Origin: Patescibacteria group bacterium
GTDB lineage: Bacteria > Patescibacteriota > Patescibacteriia > Buchananbacterales > UBA6539
Reading direction: 5' to 3'
DNA: 64,000 nt
Assembly: GCA_041649675.1 (NCBI GenBank)
Contig: JBAZMQ010000001.1
Span: 253-64,252 of the forward strand
The notes under the pieces are model-generated. The model was not told the origin of the DNA, searched no databases, and saw nothing but the letters and a program-made list of their open reading frames with translations. Made by a program: the position numbers and the translations under genes. Positions 55,026 through 63,471 of the stretch are shown piece by piece; the first letter of the stretch is position 1; every line of letters begins with the position of its first letter.

Positions 55026-56150
55026 ATGCCAAAAAAAGTTTTAATTGTTTATGCCACCGGCGGTATGGGACATGTTTCGGCTGCCCGGGCCATTGAGCAA
55101 GCCTTTAAGGAAAAATATCCGGAGGTTGAAATCAAAAATGTTGATGTGATTGATTTTGCCATGAAGGTTTATAAAAAAGTCTTTGTTGACGGTTATAATT
55201 ATGTTAGCGCCAAAACCCCCGAACTTTGGGGCTGGCTTTACCGTACTTACAACAATAAATCAAAACAAAAGTTGCCGCAGTTATTGTCCCAGCTGGCAAT
55301 TGAGGGTAAATTTATCCCTTTTATTGAAGAGTTTAAACCAGATTTCATAATTTCCACCCATCCGCTGCCGATGCTTTTAGTATCTCATTCCAAAAAGAAG
55401 CAGATTATAAATATTTTATCGTCCATGGTCTTAACCGATTTTGGCTGCCATAGCTTTTGGATTGCGCCGGAGGTCAATTACTATTTTGTGGCGACTGACA
55501 ATGTCAAACAATGTTTGTTTGATTATAAAGTTAAACCCGAGCAAGTGGCGGTAACTGGCATTCCAATTGAAACTAAATTTTCTAAAACGCCAGCCAAGGC
55601 CGAATTAATAAAAAAATTTGGCCTGGAAGCTGGTTTATTTACGGTTTTAATTGTTGGCGGGCAATTCACTTACTCGGCTTTGCAGGCGATTATTAGCGGC
55701 ATTACCAAAAAGCATGACGGTAAAGTCCAGTTTTTAGTGGTGGCCGGCCGCGACCAGGATTTAAAAGAAGCGCTGGATAAATCAGATTTGAATAAAAATT
55801 CAAAAATAAAAACTTTTGGTTTTGTGAATTATATGCAGGAGCTAATGGCGGTATCGGATTTAATTTTTTCCAAAGCCGGCGGCTTAACCGTTTCGGAATG
55901 CATGGCAATGGGTTTACCGATGGTGATAAATAAAGTAATTCCTGGTCAGGAAGAAGATAATGTTAATTATTTGGTTGATGCCGGTGCAGCGGTTAAAGTC
56001 CAAAATTTTGATGAAGTGGTAAATGCGGTTAATGATTTGGTTTCTGACCCGCAAAAGATTGCAAAGATGAAAGCGGCTTGTCAAAAAATTGGCCACCCGA
56101 ATTCAGCCGTGGCTTTAGCGGACTTTGTCTATACTAAAATTAGCAGTTAA
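55026..56150 (+). CDS. glycosyltransferase, MGDG-synthase-like (UgtP/YpfP diacylglycerol glycosyltransferase family)
   Basis: N-terminus MPKKVLIVYATGGMGHVSAARAIEQAF typical of MGDG_synth; GT-B C-terminal domain; 374 aa. Confidence 0.7.
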   Translation: MPKKVLIVYATGGMGHVSAARAIEQAFKEKYPEVEIKNVDVIDFAMKVYKKVFVDGYNYVSAKTPELWGWLYRTYNNKSKQKLPQLLSQLAIEGKFIPFIEEFKPDFIISTHPLPMLLVSHSKKKQIINILSSMVLTDFGCHSFWIAPEVNYYFVATDNVKQCLFDYKVKPEQVAVTGIPIETKFSKTPAKAELIKKFGLEAGLFTVLIVGGQFTYSALQAIISGITKKHDGKVQFLVVAGRDQDLKEALDKSDLNKNSKIKTFGFVNYMQELMAVSDLIFSKAGGLTVSECMAMGLPMVINKVIPGQEEDNVNYLVDAGAAVKVQNFDEVVNAVNDLVSDPQKIAKMKAACQKIGHPNSAVALADFVYTKISS

Positions 56151-56199
56151 AAAATAGCGACTAATTTTTTATTATGCGTTATTGTAAAATTTTAGCAAC

Positions 56200-57135
56200 A
56201 TGAAAAACTTTTGGCAAAAATTAGATAAACCCATTCTCGCGCTGGCTCCGATGGCCGGCGTTTCGGATTCAGCTTTTCGCCAGCTCTGCAAGTCTTTTGG
56301 CGCTGACGTGGTATATACGGAAATGGTTTCAGCCGACGGCTTGCATTATGATGCCAAAAAAACTTTAGAGCTTTTAAAATTTGCCAAAACCGAAAAGCCA
56401 ATTGTTTGCCAACTGTTTGGCAAGCGGCCGGAAATGTTTGCCAAAGCCGCCAAAATTGCCCAAAAAGCTGGGTTTGACGGCATTGATTTGAATTTTGGTT
56501 GTCCGGCCAAAAAAGTCGTGGCTCACGGCGGCGGGGTAACTATGATGAAAGATTTAAAGCATTGCCATAAGCTGATTGAAACAGTTTTACAAAATACTGA
56601 TTTGCCGGTTTCAGTAAAAATTCGTAGTGGCATTGAAAAAGTAACGGCTTTGGACTTTGTAAAAGCCATCAGTGATTTGCCGGTTTCGGCTTTGATGATT
56701 CACGGCCGGCCGTTTAAAAATCCTTATTCAGCACCGATTGATTACGAAATGATTAAGCAGGTTAAAGAAAATTTTTCGGGTGTGGTTTTGGGTAATGGTG
56801 GAATATTTACGCCTCAAGATGCCAAATTGATGATTGAAAAGACTGGTGTGGATGGAGTTGGTTTGGCCCGAGGTCTTTATGGCAAACCTTGGTTGTTCAA
56901 ACAAATTAAAGATTATTTAAAAAAAGGAAAATATCAGGAATTTGATTTTAAAGACATTAAAAAAGTAGCAATCAGGCATGCTTTGTTAGCCCAGAAAGCT
57001 AAAGGCAAATGGGGGATAGTAGAGACCCGAAAGCACTTGGCTTGGTATGTCAAAGGTTTTGCCGGGGCGGCGGATTTGCGTAAACAACTAGTTCAAGCAG
57101 AAACTATTGATCAGATCAAAAAAATTTTGAAATAA
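56200..57135 (+). CDS. dusB: tRNA-dihydrouridine synthase
   Basis: LAPMAGVSDSAFRQL and TIM-barrel Dus motifs, catalytic Cys in DLNFGCP; 311 aa. Confidence 0.9.
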   Translation: MKNFWQKLDKPILALAPMAGVSDSAFRQLCKSFGADVVYTEMVSADGLHYDAKKTLELLKFAKTEKPIVCQLFGKRPEMFAKAAKIAQKAGFDGIDLNFGCPAKKVVAHGGGVTMMKDLKHCHKLIETVLQNTDLPVSVKIRSGIEKVTALDFVKAISDLPVSALMIHGRPFKNPYSAPIDYEMIKQVKENFSGVVLGNGGIFTPQDAKLMIEKTGVDGVGLARGLYGKPWLFKQIKDYLKKGKYQEFDFKDIKKVAIRHALLAQKAKGKWGIVETRKHLAWYVKGFAGAADLRKQLVQAETIDQIKKILK

Positions 57136-57195
57136 ATAGCAAAACCCCGGACAAACTGCGCATCACTGCAATCGGTCCGGGGTGTTAAAATTGTC

Positions 57196-57315
57196 TTAAA
57201 TTATTATGATGGCGCCGACAACCAGCGCTAAGCCGATGACAAAGCCCAGGACAATCGCCCAGCCAGTATTGCTCTTGGCTGAGGTTTTTTTAGTCCTTGT
57301 TTTATTACTCCTCAT
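57196..57315 (-). CDS. small membrane peptide (39 aa)
   Basis: ATG preceded by GGAGGA (6-nt spacing); MRSNKTRTKKTSAKSNTGWAIVLGFVIGLALVVGAIIII has a basic N-terminus plus one TM helix. Own TTGACA-17-TATACT promoter and a terminator. Not in the ORF track (too short). Confidence 0.45.
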   Translation of the reverse strand: MRSNKTRTKKTSAKSNTGWAIVLGFVIGLALVVGAIIII

Positions 57316-57356
57316 TGGTCCTCCTTTTGCTACCTGGTTGTATAAGGTAACTAATA

Positions 57357-57385
57357 AGTATAACATATTTATTTGATTATGTCAA
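57357..57385 (-). promoter_or_regulatory. sigma70-like promoter (TTGACA-17-TATACT) for the 39-aa peptide gene
   Basis: Minus-strand ttgaca (57380-57385) and tatact (57357-57362). Confidence 0.4.
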
Positions 57386-57402
57386 TACTTATAAATAATT
57401 TA

Positions 57403-57453
57403 ACTAAAAAGAAAAAGACCCGGATATAGCTAGGGCTAATCATCTGGGTCTTT
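57403..57453 (-). terminator. terminator downstream of MPIP-A
   Basis: aaagaccc...gggtcttt 9-bp stem; minus-strand T-run follows. Confidence 0.4.
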
Positions 57454-57482
57454 GGTCTAAAGGGCATTGGGTCGTTCTTTTG

Positions 57483-57725
57483 TTAGTAAACCGCTGTCAG
57501 TGATTGTCGCAATTTAGCCTTGGTTTTTTGGGTTTGATGGGCTAAACACTTAGTGTCTGTCCGTTTACGCAATGTTTTGGACCCAATTCTTTTAGGGCAA
57601 TCTACCGCATGGATGTTGCTTACTAGCAGCTTACAGCCGCATGGATAAATTGCTAACCTGGTACCGCCACGGCACTTGGGACAATCAGTCCATTCGGTCC
57701 TTGGGAGATCTTTTGGAATAGGCAT
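57483..57725 (-). CDS. small Cys-rich protein MPIP-A (putative zinc-ribbon)
   Basis: MPIPKDLPRTEWTDCPKCRGGTRLAIYPCGC...; paralogous to 58875-59090 (same MPIP start and CPxCxGG motif). RBS AAGGAGG upstream. Confidence 0.6.
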   Translation of the reverse strand: MPIPKDLPRTEWTDCPKCRGGTRLAIYPCGCKLLVSNIHAVDCPKRIGSKTLRKRTDTKCLAHQTQKTKAKLRQSLTAVY

Positions 57726-57729
57726 TTTT

Positions 57730-57909
57730 TTGCCTCCTTAATCTATAGTTATTATTACTTTGAAATTTCAGTTTTTTCTTCCCTTATTTACTCTAAGGAA
57801 AGCTATCAAAAAACCATTAGGTTTTTAGTTTTTTGGCAACTTTCCTTAGTCTCAAATTTAAAAGAGCAAGTAAACATCTAATTAAAGCACGTTTAGAAAA
57901 AAATATCAA
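57730..57909 (-). promoter_or_regulatory. conserved upstream element copy A (promoter TTGATA-17-TTTAAT plus 19-nt inverted repeat)
   Basis: About 80% identical to 59095-59265. IR aaggaaagctatcaaaaaa (57795-57813) / ttttttggcaactttcctt (57829-57847). Minus-strand -10 at 57881-57886 and -35 at 57904-57909. Confidence 0.5.
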
Positions 57910-57927
57910 GTCAATTTAGCAATTTGG

Positions 57928-57980
57928 AAAAAATAAAGCCCAGACGATTAGCAAGGTGCCAAAAGTCTGAGCTTGGGTTT
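57928..57980 (-). terminator. terminator downstream of paralog B2
   Basis: aaagcccagac...gtctgagcttgggttt stem followed on the minus strand by a T-run. Confidence 0.4.
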
Positions 57981-58013
57981 AAAGAGCGGGAGAAAGGGAA
58001 GTGGGGGATGGGA

Positions 58014-58427
58014 TCAACCGCCGTGTGTGCTGATGGCACTCAGAACATCTTCTGCCGACGTATTCGGACCAACTTCCATTGCCATCGGATCCGGAACGAC
58101 CATTACCATCCCGGCGGCGGCTGAAGGTTGTTGGGTCTGAAGGTGGGCTTCAAGGGCGTCTTTTTCACCATCGAATACGCTGACGGTGAAAGGCAGCGGG
58201 GTTGATTCGCCCAGATTTAAGGCGGTACGGACCTGTTCCAGATTGAATTCACCAACCGCTACGAGGAACCGTGGCGGATAGCCAAGTATTCCTTTGACTT
58301 CTTGCCCAGAACCTTTGTAAAGCAGCGCATTAAGCATCGCTGCCGCTTCCATGGTCCAACCAACGATACCATTAGCACAAGCCAGTTCAAAGATGGTCCA
58401 TTTTGTTATCGGTGCACCAATATTCAT
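58014..58427 (-). CDS. hypothetical protein, paralog B2 (137 aa)
   Basis: Aligns with 58450-58824: YPPRFLVAVGEFNLEQVRTALNLG...EAHLQT vs YPTRFLAIAGAFSEEQVRAALAGV...EAHLQT. GC about 50%. Confidence 0.6.
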   Translation of the reverse strand: MNIGAPITKWTIFELACANGIVGWTMEAAAMLNALLYKGSGQEVKGILGYPPRFLVAVGEFNLEQVRTALNLGESTPLPFTVSVFDGEKDALEAHLQTQQPSAAAGMVMVVPDPMAMEVGPNTSAEDVLSAISTHGG

Positions 58428-58449
58428 AAGCGAGACTCCAATCTACCCT

Positions 58450-58824
58450 TTATGGGTTTTGTATGGCCGTTTGGCCAGTTTTTCCATTGTCATGGCGTAT
58501 AGTTTGAAGGTGGGCTTCAAGGGTTTGTTCTCTACCCCTGAAGGGAAAAACGGTAAATGACGGGATTTCTTTTACTCCCGCCAGGGCAGCCCGAACTTGT
58601 TCTTCCGAGAATGCCCCGGCGATGGCCAGAAACCGGGTGGGATAAATGATTACCCCACAAAATTCCTGAGCCGGGTTAACGGCGTAGATTCTTTTATTGA
58701 TCACTTCTCCTGCTTTTTTTGGCCAGGAGAAAAAACCATTTCCTGAATCTAATACTGTCCAGTCATCCACGACTGTCCAGTCGTCAACTGGTAATGTGGC
58801 ATTACTACCCGTAGCTGGTTCCAT
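58450..58824 (-). CDS. hypothetical protein, paralog B1 (about 124 aa from ATG 58824; the track extends to a GTG at 58890)
   Basis: ATG at 58822-58824 preceded by AAGGAG; contains tandem DDWTV-DDWTV pentapeptide; paralogous to B2. Confidence 0.6.
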   Translation of the reverse strand: MEPATGSNATLPVDDWTVVDDWTVLDSGNGFFSWPKKAGEVINKRIYAVNPAQEFCGVIIYPTRFLAIAGAFSEEQVRAALAGVKEIPSFTVFPFRGREQTLEAHLQTIRHDNGKTGQTAIQNP

Positions 58825-58874
58825 GCAAGCTCCTTTCTTATCCTTTACGGGTTTGTATGGCCTTGGGCCAGAAG

Positions 58875-59090
58875 TTATATGGCTCCACACAACGCCAGGG
58901 AAAGGTATATCGTCCTTAGGTGTGGCTGCTGTGTTATGCGGTTAGCGCCGCAATTTTTGTCGTGGCGGTTGCCACTGGTTTCGCAATGGCCAGGCCCCCA
59001 AATTATTTCGCGATGGCCGCCGCTGCAACCAGGGCAATTAACCCAGCGTGAACTTTCTGGCGTTTTTCCATCTAAACTTGGTATCGGCAT
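58875..59090 (-). CDS. small Cys-rich protein MPIP-B (putative zinc-ribbon)
   Basis: MPIPSLDGKTPESSRWVNCPGCSGGH...HCETSGNRHDKNCG; paralog of MPIP-A. Confidence 0.6.
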   Translation of the reverse strand: MPIPSLDGKTPESSRWVNCPGCSGGHREIIWGPGHCETSGNRHDKNCGANRITQQPHLRTIYLSLALCGAI

Positions 59091-59094
59091 CCGA

Positions 59095-59265
59095 CGTTCT
59101 CCTTATTATCAGATTTTGCTTTTTATTTTTTCTTCCCTTAATCACTCTTTAAGGAAAGCTGCCAAAAAACTATCAAATTTGTAATCTTTTGGCAACCTTC
59201 CTTAAAGTTATATTTTAAAGAACACTTAAACATTTAATTAAAGCACATTTATAAAAATTTGTCAA
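59095..59265 (-). promoter_or_regulatory. conserved upstream element copy B (promoter TTGACA-17-TTTAAT plus 18-19-nt inverted repeat)
   Basis: IR aaggaaagctgccaaaaaa (59151-59169) / cttttggcaaccttcctt (59186-59203). Minus-strand -35 at 59260-59265 and -10 at 59237-59242. Confidence 0.5.
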
Positions 59266-59267
59266 AT

Positions 59268-59288
59268 AAACCCCTGAATTAGGGGTTT
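59268..59288 (-). terminator. terminator downstream of corA
   Basis: aaacccct-gaat-aggggttt. Confidence 0.45.
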
Positions 59289-59322
59289 ATGCTTATTTTG
59301 CTTGTTACTGATAATTTGTATC

Positions 59323-60255
59323 TTACAACCAGTTATTTTTTTTAAAGATTGCCAACATGATTAACCAAATGGTTGCCATTAGAGCAATAATATACCAAAA
59401 ACCAAATTGACTGCTAACTAAAGGCATGCTGACAACCGTATTCATACCAAAGATAGCGGCAATCAAAGTCAGCGGAAAAGTAAAAACCGAAATAATGGTT
59501 AGGATTCGCATGGTGTCAGACAGTTTAAAAGAGATTTGAGATTCATTGGTTTCCTGAAGGGCTTCAATGGTTTCTTTCAAATTTTCTAAAGTGTCCCAAA
59601 TTTCTTTGGCCGAATCCAATAAGCTTTCAAAATAAGCATCGGTTTTTTTCATGACAAACAAAGGATTTTCTTTAAAACTATAAATCATTTTTTTCAAAAC
59701 AGTTTTGTGGACTTGCATAATTTTGCGAAAGTCGGTGATATTGCGGCGAATAATCAAAATTTCCGAAACCATTTGTCTTTCTTTGCCCGAAAAAATTGCT
59801 TTTTCAATATTGTTGCAGTCAATGCTTAAATGATCAATCATCGGAAAACAGTACAGAAATAATTTGTTCAGAATTTCGTAAAGGAGCTTTTCCGGTGATT
59901 TTTCGTTATATTTTTGGCGTAAATCAGTACTCAAACGCAGAAGTTCAAAGAAATCGGTAAAACTTTGTAAATCATCATGATGAATGGTAATAAGAAAATT
60001 TTTGCTGATAAAAATATTGATTTCGGCCGGTAGAATTTCTCGGGTTTCACGATTATAAATTGGCACCCGAAAAACAATAAAAGTATAGCGAGGGTAAACA
60101 TCAATTTTAGTCCTTTGGCTGGTTGATAAACAGTCGGCCAAATCAAGCGGATGAAATTTATACTTTTCACCCAGTTCTCTTAAATTTTGTTCGTCTGGAT
60201 TAGAAATGTTAAGCCAGGAAAAATTTTCAAACTCAATTTTTTGGGTACTCGACAT
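59323..60255 (-). CDS. corA: CorA family magnesium/cobalt transporter
   Basis: 310 aa, two C-terminal TM helices with the GMN motif (AAIFGMNTV). Confidence 0.85.
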   Translation of the reverse strand: MSSTQKIEFENFSWLNISNPDEQNLRELGEKYKFHPLDLADCLSTSQRTKIDVYPRYTFIVFRVPIYNRETREILPAEINIFISKNFLITIHHDDLQSFTDFFELLRLSTDLRQKYNEKSPEKLLYEILNKLFLYCFPMIDHLSIDCNNIEKAIFSGKERQMVSEILIIRRNITDFRKIMQVHKTVLKKMIYSFKENPLFVMKKTDAYFESLLDSAKEIWDTLENLKETIEALQETNESQISFKLSDTMRILTIISVFTFPLTLIAAIFGMNTVVSMPLVSSQFGFWYIIALMATIWLIMLAIFKKNNWL

Positions 60256-60357
60256 AAGTAAAAGTTATTTTATTTTACTTAACTATAGCATAATTTTAGT
60301 CGGTGGGAAAGATTTTTGTATTTTGCCTTGAATTATAGTATAATATAAACAAAATAT

Positions 60358-60882
60358 ATGCCTACCAATCCTTTCCAAAATTTAGCCGAAACCGGCAAAA
60401 ATCAATTAGAAAAAAAAGACAGTTTTGGAATTGGCAAAACTGATTCAGTTGAGTTCAAACCAACACCAGAAATACCCAGCCCGATTTCGGAATCTGAGCA
60501 AGAAAGAATGAAACAGGAGGTTTTAAAAGAGATTCAGGAAACCGAGCAACCCCTTAAAAAATTCGGGACTTTGCCTCCAGGCCAGCCAATCACACCGCCA
60601 AGCGCGCCGAAAAGTCCAGCTTTGATAAAAATTGAAGGAATTTTGGAGCAAGACTTGCAGGCTGCCTATTTAAAAATGGAACCAAAAATCCAGCAGAAAT
60701 TTAAAGCCGAAGGGGAAAAAACCGCTGCTAAAATTGAAAGAATTTTAATGCAGACTAAAATTAAGGCCAAGGATATTTTTAAATTAATCTTTTCCTGGCT
60801 CAAAATTATTCCTGGTGTAAATAAGTTTTTTATCAAGCAGGAAGCAAAAATAAAAACCGATAAAATCATAAAACTAAAGTAA
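60358..60882 (+). CDS. hypothetical Pro/Glu/Lys-rich protein
   Basis: 174 aa, low-complexity N-terminal half, amphipathic C-terminal half; immediately upstream of the VirD4-like ATPase. Confidence 0.45.
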   Translation: MPTNPFQNLAETGKNQLEKKDSFGIGKTDSVEFKPTPEIPSPISESEQERMKQEVLKEIQETEQPLKKFGTLPPGQPITPPSAPKSPALIKIEGILEQDLQAAYLKMEPKIQQKFKAEGEKTAAKIERILMQTKIKAKDIFKLIFSWLKIIPGVNKFFIKQEAKIKTDKIIKLK

Positions 60883-60885
60883 TTT

Positions 60886-63456
60886 ATGAATCAATTTGGA
60901 GTCCCGGATAATACTTACTCCATCAATTTTGATCCAGCAGCAATTATTAACCAGGCTTATTTTTTTGTTGTTTTTGATGTTTTGGCTATATTGTTTCTTT
61001 TTTTGCTTCTGGTGGTTTTAATTGCCGCTTTGCTTAGGGCTAGAAATTATTTGCCCACCGCCTTTCAAAAGGTGGTTTTTTTAGTCACGGTTCCCAAGGA
61101 ATCAGCTGACTCGGCTGATCAGAAAGAAACTATTGAAATAATTCGTAGTCAAATTGCCTTGGCTGAAAGTTGGTTTTCGACTTTAGGCGGACTGAAAGCG
61201 CACAGAGGACCAAGAGCTTGGCTTTGGGGCCGGACTGACCACTTTTCTTTTGAAATAATTTTTAAAGACGGCTTAATTTCTTTTTACGTGGCTGCCCCTT
61301 ATTACATGAGAGATTACATGGAGCAGCAGATTTTGGCCCAATATCCAGAAGCCAGTATCAGCGAGGTCCAAGATTATAATATTTTTTCCCCTCAGGGTAC
61401 AATTTTAGCCGGCTATTTAAAATTCACCCGGAGTTATATTTTTCCGATCAAAACTTACCAAGCCTTAAATTCCGATCCTTTAAATGCTTTGGCCAGTTCT
61501 TTTACCAAAATTGCCAAAGGTGACGGAGCCGCAATTCAAATAATTGCCCGCTCCGCCAAAAAGAGCTGGCATAAAAAAGGTTCAAAGGTGGCCATTCAAA
61601 TGCAGAAAGGCAAAACGATTCAGGAAGCCATGTATGAGGTCAGTATTTTTAGTTTTTTTAAGTATTTTAATATCTTTAATACCAAAACGCCTGAACAGCT
61701 GGCAGTGGAAAAAACCAAGCCTAACCGGTTACTTTCGCCAATGGAACAGGAGTTAGTCAAAGGTTTGGAACAAAAATCTTCACGGGCGGGACTTGATTGT
61801 AATATCCGAATTATTGTTTCGGCTCAAAATAAACTAACGGCTCAAACTTATTTAAGCAATATTGTTGATTCATTTTCCCAGTTTAATTATTACCAATACG
61901 GCAATAGTCTAAAAATCATGAAGGTTTCGGCCAATAAATTGGTCAATGATTTTATCTACCGGCATTTTCGGCGTAAACAAAAATTGTTATTAAATACCGA
62001 AGAACTGGCCAGTATTTATCATTTCCCAACGCCATTTTTAGAAACGCCAATTATTCGTTGGCTGCTGGCTAAAAAATTGCCGCCGGCACCGAATTTGCCG
62101 CCGGAAGGTTTACTTTTGGGCGAAAATATTTACCGGGGCGTAAAAAACTTTGTCTATTTAAAAACTGATGACCGCCGGCGACATGTTTATATGAACGGAA
62201 TGACTGGTACTGGTAAATCGGTTCTGATGGGTAATTTGGCAATTCAAGATATCCGAAATGGTAAGGGTGTTTGCGTAATTGATCCGCACGGCAGCTTGGT
62301 TGAAAGTATTTTGCCTTGCATTCCTAAAGAAAGAATGGAAGACGTAATTTATTTTAATCCTTCGGATGTTGATCGGCCAATTGGTTTAAATATGCTGGAA
62401 GCCGAAACGCCCGAACAGCAGGATTTTGTAATTCAGGAAATGATTTCAATTTTTTATAAATTAGTGACTGATCCGTCAATGATTGGCCCGATGTTTGAAC
62501 ATAACATGAGAAATGCGATGCTGACTTTGATGGCTGACCGGCAATCTCTGGGCACCATGGCGGAAATTCCTAGAATTTTTACGGACAAGGAATTCCAAAA
62601 ATATAAATTAACCAAGGTCACTGATCCAATGGTTCGTTCGTTTTGGGAACAAGAAATGGCCAAAACTTCTGATTTTCATAAATCAGAAATGCTGGGCTAT
62701 TTAATTTCCAAAGTCGGCCGGTTTGTGGAAAATGCCATGATTAGAAATATTATTGGCCAGCCAAAATCTGGTTTTAATTTCCGCAGCGTTATGGATCAAC
62801 AGAAAATTTTATTGGTTAATCTGGCCAAAGGTACAACCGGGGAAGTAAATAGTAATTTGTTAGGTTTAATTATAGTCGCTAAATTGCAAATGGCGGCTTT
62901 GGGCCGTACCGATATGGCTGAAGCGGCCCGGAAAGATTTTTATCTTTACATTGATGAGTTTCAAAATTTTATTACCGATAGTGTAGCTACGATTATGGCT
63001 GAAGCGCGTAAGTACAAACTTAATTTAACCTTGGGCCATCAATATATCGGTCAGCTAACCGAAGGCAGTGGCCCGGAAGGCAAAAGCTTTGGCAATAAAA
63101 TTAAAGATGCTATTTTTGGCAATGTCGGAACGTTAGTTTCTTTTCGGATTGGCGTTGAGGATGCCGAAATAATTGCCAAACAAATGGCGCCAGTAGTCAG
63201 TGAATATGATTTAATCAATATTGAACGATATAATGCTTATCTGCGGCTTTTGGTTGATAATCAGCCTTTAAAAGCTTTTAATATCCATACTTTCCCGCCG
63301 ATTGCCGGCGATGAAAAAATGATTGGTGATATTAAAGAATTTTCACGCTGGAAATATGGCTCTGATCGGCGTAAAGTCGAGGCCGATATTTTGGAAAGAA
63401 GCCGTTTAGGCTTAGCTAAGTCGGATATCACTCCGCCAATAGAAAGGACTTTGTAA
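60886..63456 (+). CDS. TraD/TraG/VirD4-like type IV coupling protein (FtsK/HerA-superfamily ATPase with N-terminal TM)
   Basis: N-terminal TM helices; Walker A YMNGMTGTGKSVLMGN; Walker B LYIDEFQNF; 856 aa. Confidence 0.7.
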   Translation: MNQFGVPDNTYSINFDPAAIINQAYFFVVFDVLAILFLFLLLVVLIAALLRARNYLPTAFQKVVFLVTVPKESADSADQKETIEIIRSQIALAESWFSTLGGLKAHRGPRAWLWGRTDHFSFEIIFKDGLISFYVAAPYYMRDYMEQQILAQYPEASISEVQDYNIFSPQGTILAGYLKFTRSYIFPIKTYQALNSDPLNALASSFTKIAKGDGAAIQIIARSAKKSWHKKGSKVAIQMQKGKTIQEAMYEVSIFSFFKYFNIFNTKTPEQLAVEKTKPNRLLSPMEQELVKGLEQKSSRAGLDCNIRIIVSAQNKLTAQTYLSNIVDSFSQFNYYQYGNSLKIMKVSANKLVNDFIYRHFRRKQKLLLNTEELASIYHFPTPFLETPIIRWLLAKKLPPAPNLPPEGLLLGENIYRGVKNFVYLKTDDRRRHVYMNGMTGTGKSVLMGNLAIQDIRNGKGVCVIDPHGSLVESILPCIPKERMEDVIYFNPSDVDRPIGLNMLEAETPEQQDFVIQEMISIFYKLVTDPSMIGPMFEHNMRNAMLTLMADRQSLGTMAEIPRIFTDKEFQKYKLTKVTDPMVRSFWEQEMAKTSDFHKSEMLGYLISKVGRFVENAMIRNIIGQPKSGFNFRSVMDQQKILLVNLAKGTTGEVNSNLLGLIIVAKLQMAALGRTDMAEAARKDFYLYIDEFQNFITDSVATIMAEARKYKLNLTLGHQYIGQLTEGSGPEGKSFGNKIKDAIFGNVGTLVSFRIGVEDAEIIAKQMAPVVSEYDLINIERYNAYLRLLVDNQPLKAFNIHTFPPIAGDEKMIGDIKEFSRWKYGSDRRKVEADILERSRLGLAKSDITPPIERTL

Positions 63457-63471
63457 AAAATATGTCTGATT

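Noticed and set aside
57483-57725. MPIP proteins as ribosomal zinc-ribbon proteins (L28/L32/L33/L36-like)
   Set aside because: Their length and CPxC...C...C spacing do not match any ribosomal Zn-ribbon protein I can recall, and the genes sit in a GC-atypical duplicated module rather than a ribosomal context.
58302-59184. Plus-strand ORFs 58302-58502, 58351-58560, 58697-58945 and 58879-59184
   Set aside because: Each minus-strand ORF across this span is backed by a paralog elsewhere in the island (B1 with B2, MPIP-B with MPIP-A), and B1 and MPIP-A also have Shine-Dalgarno sites. The plus-strand ORFs have none of this support and are probably GC-driven artefacts.
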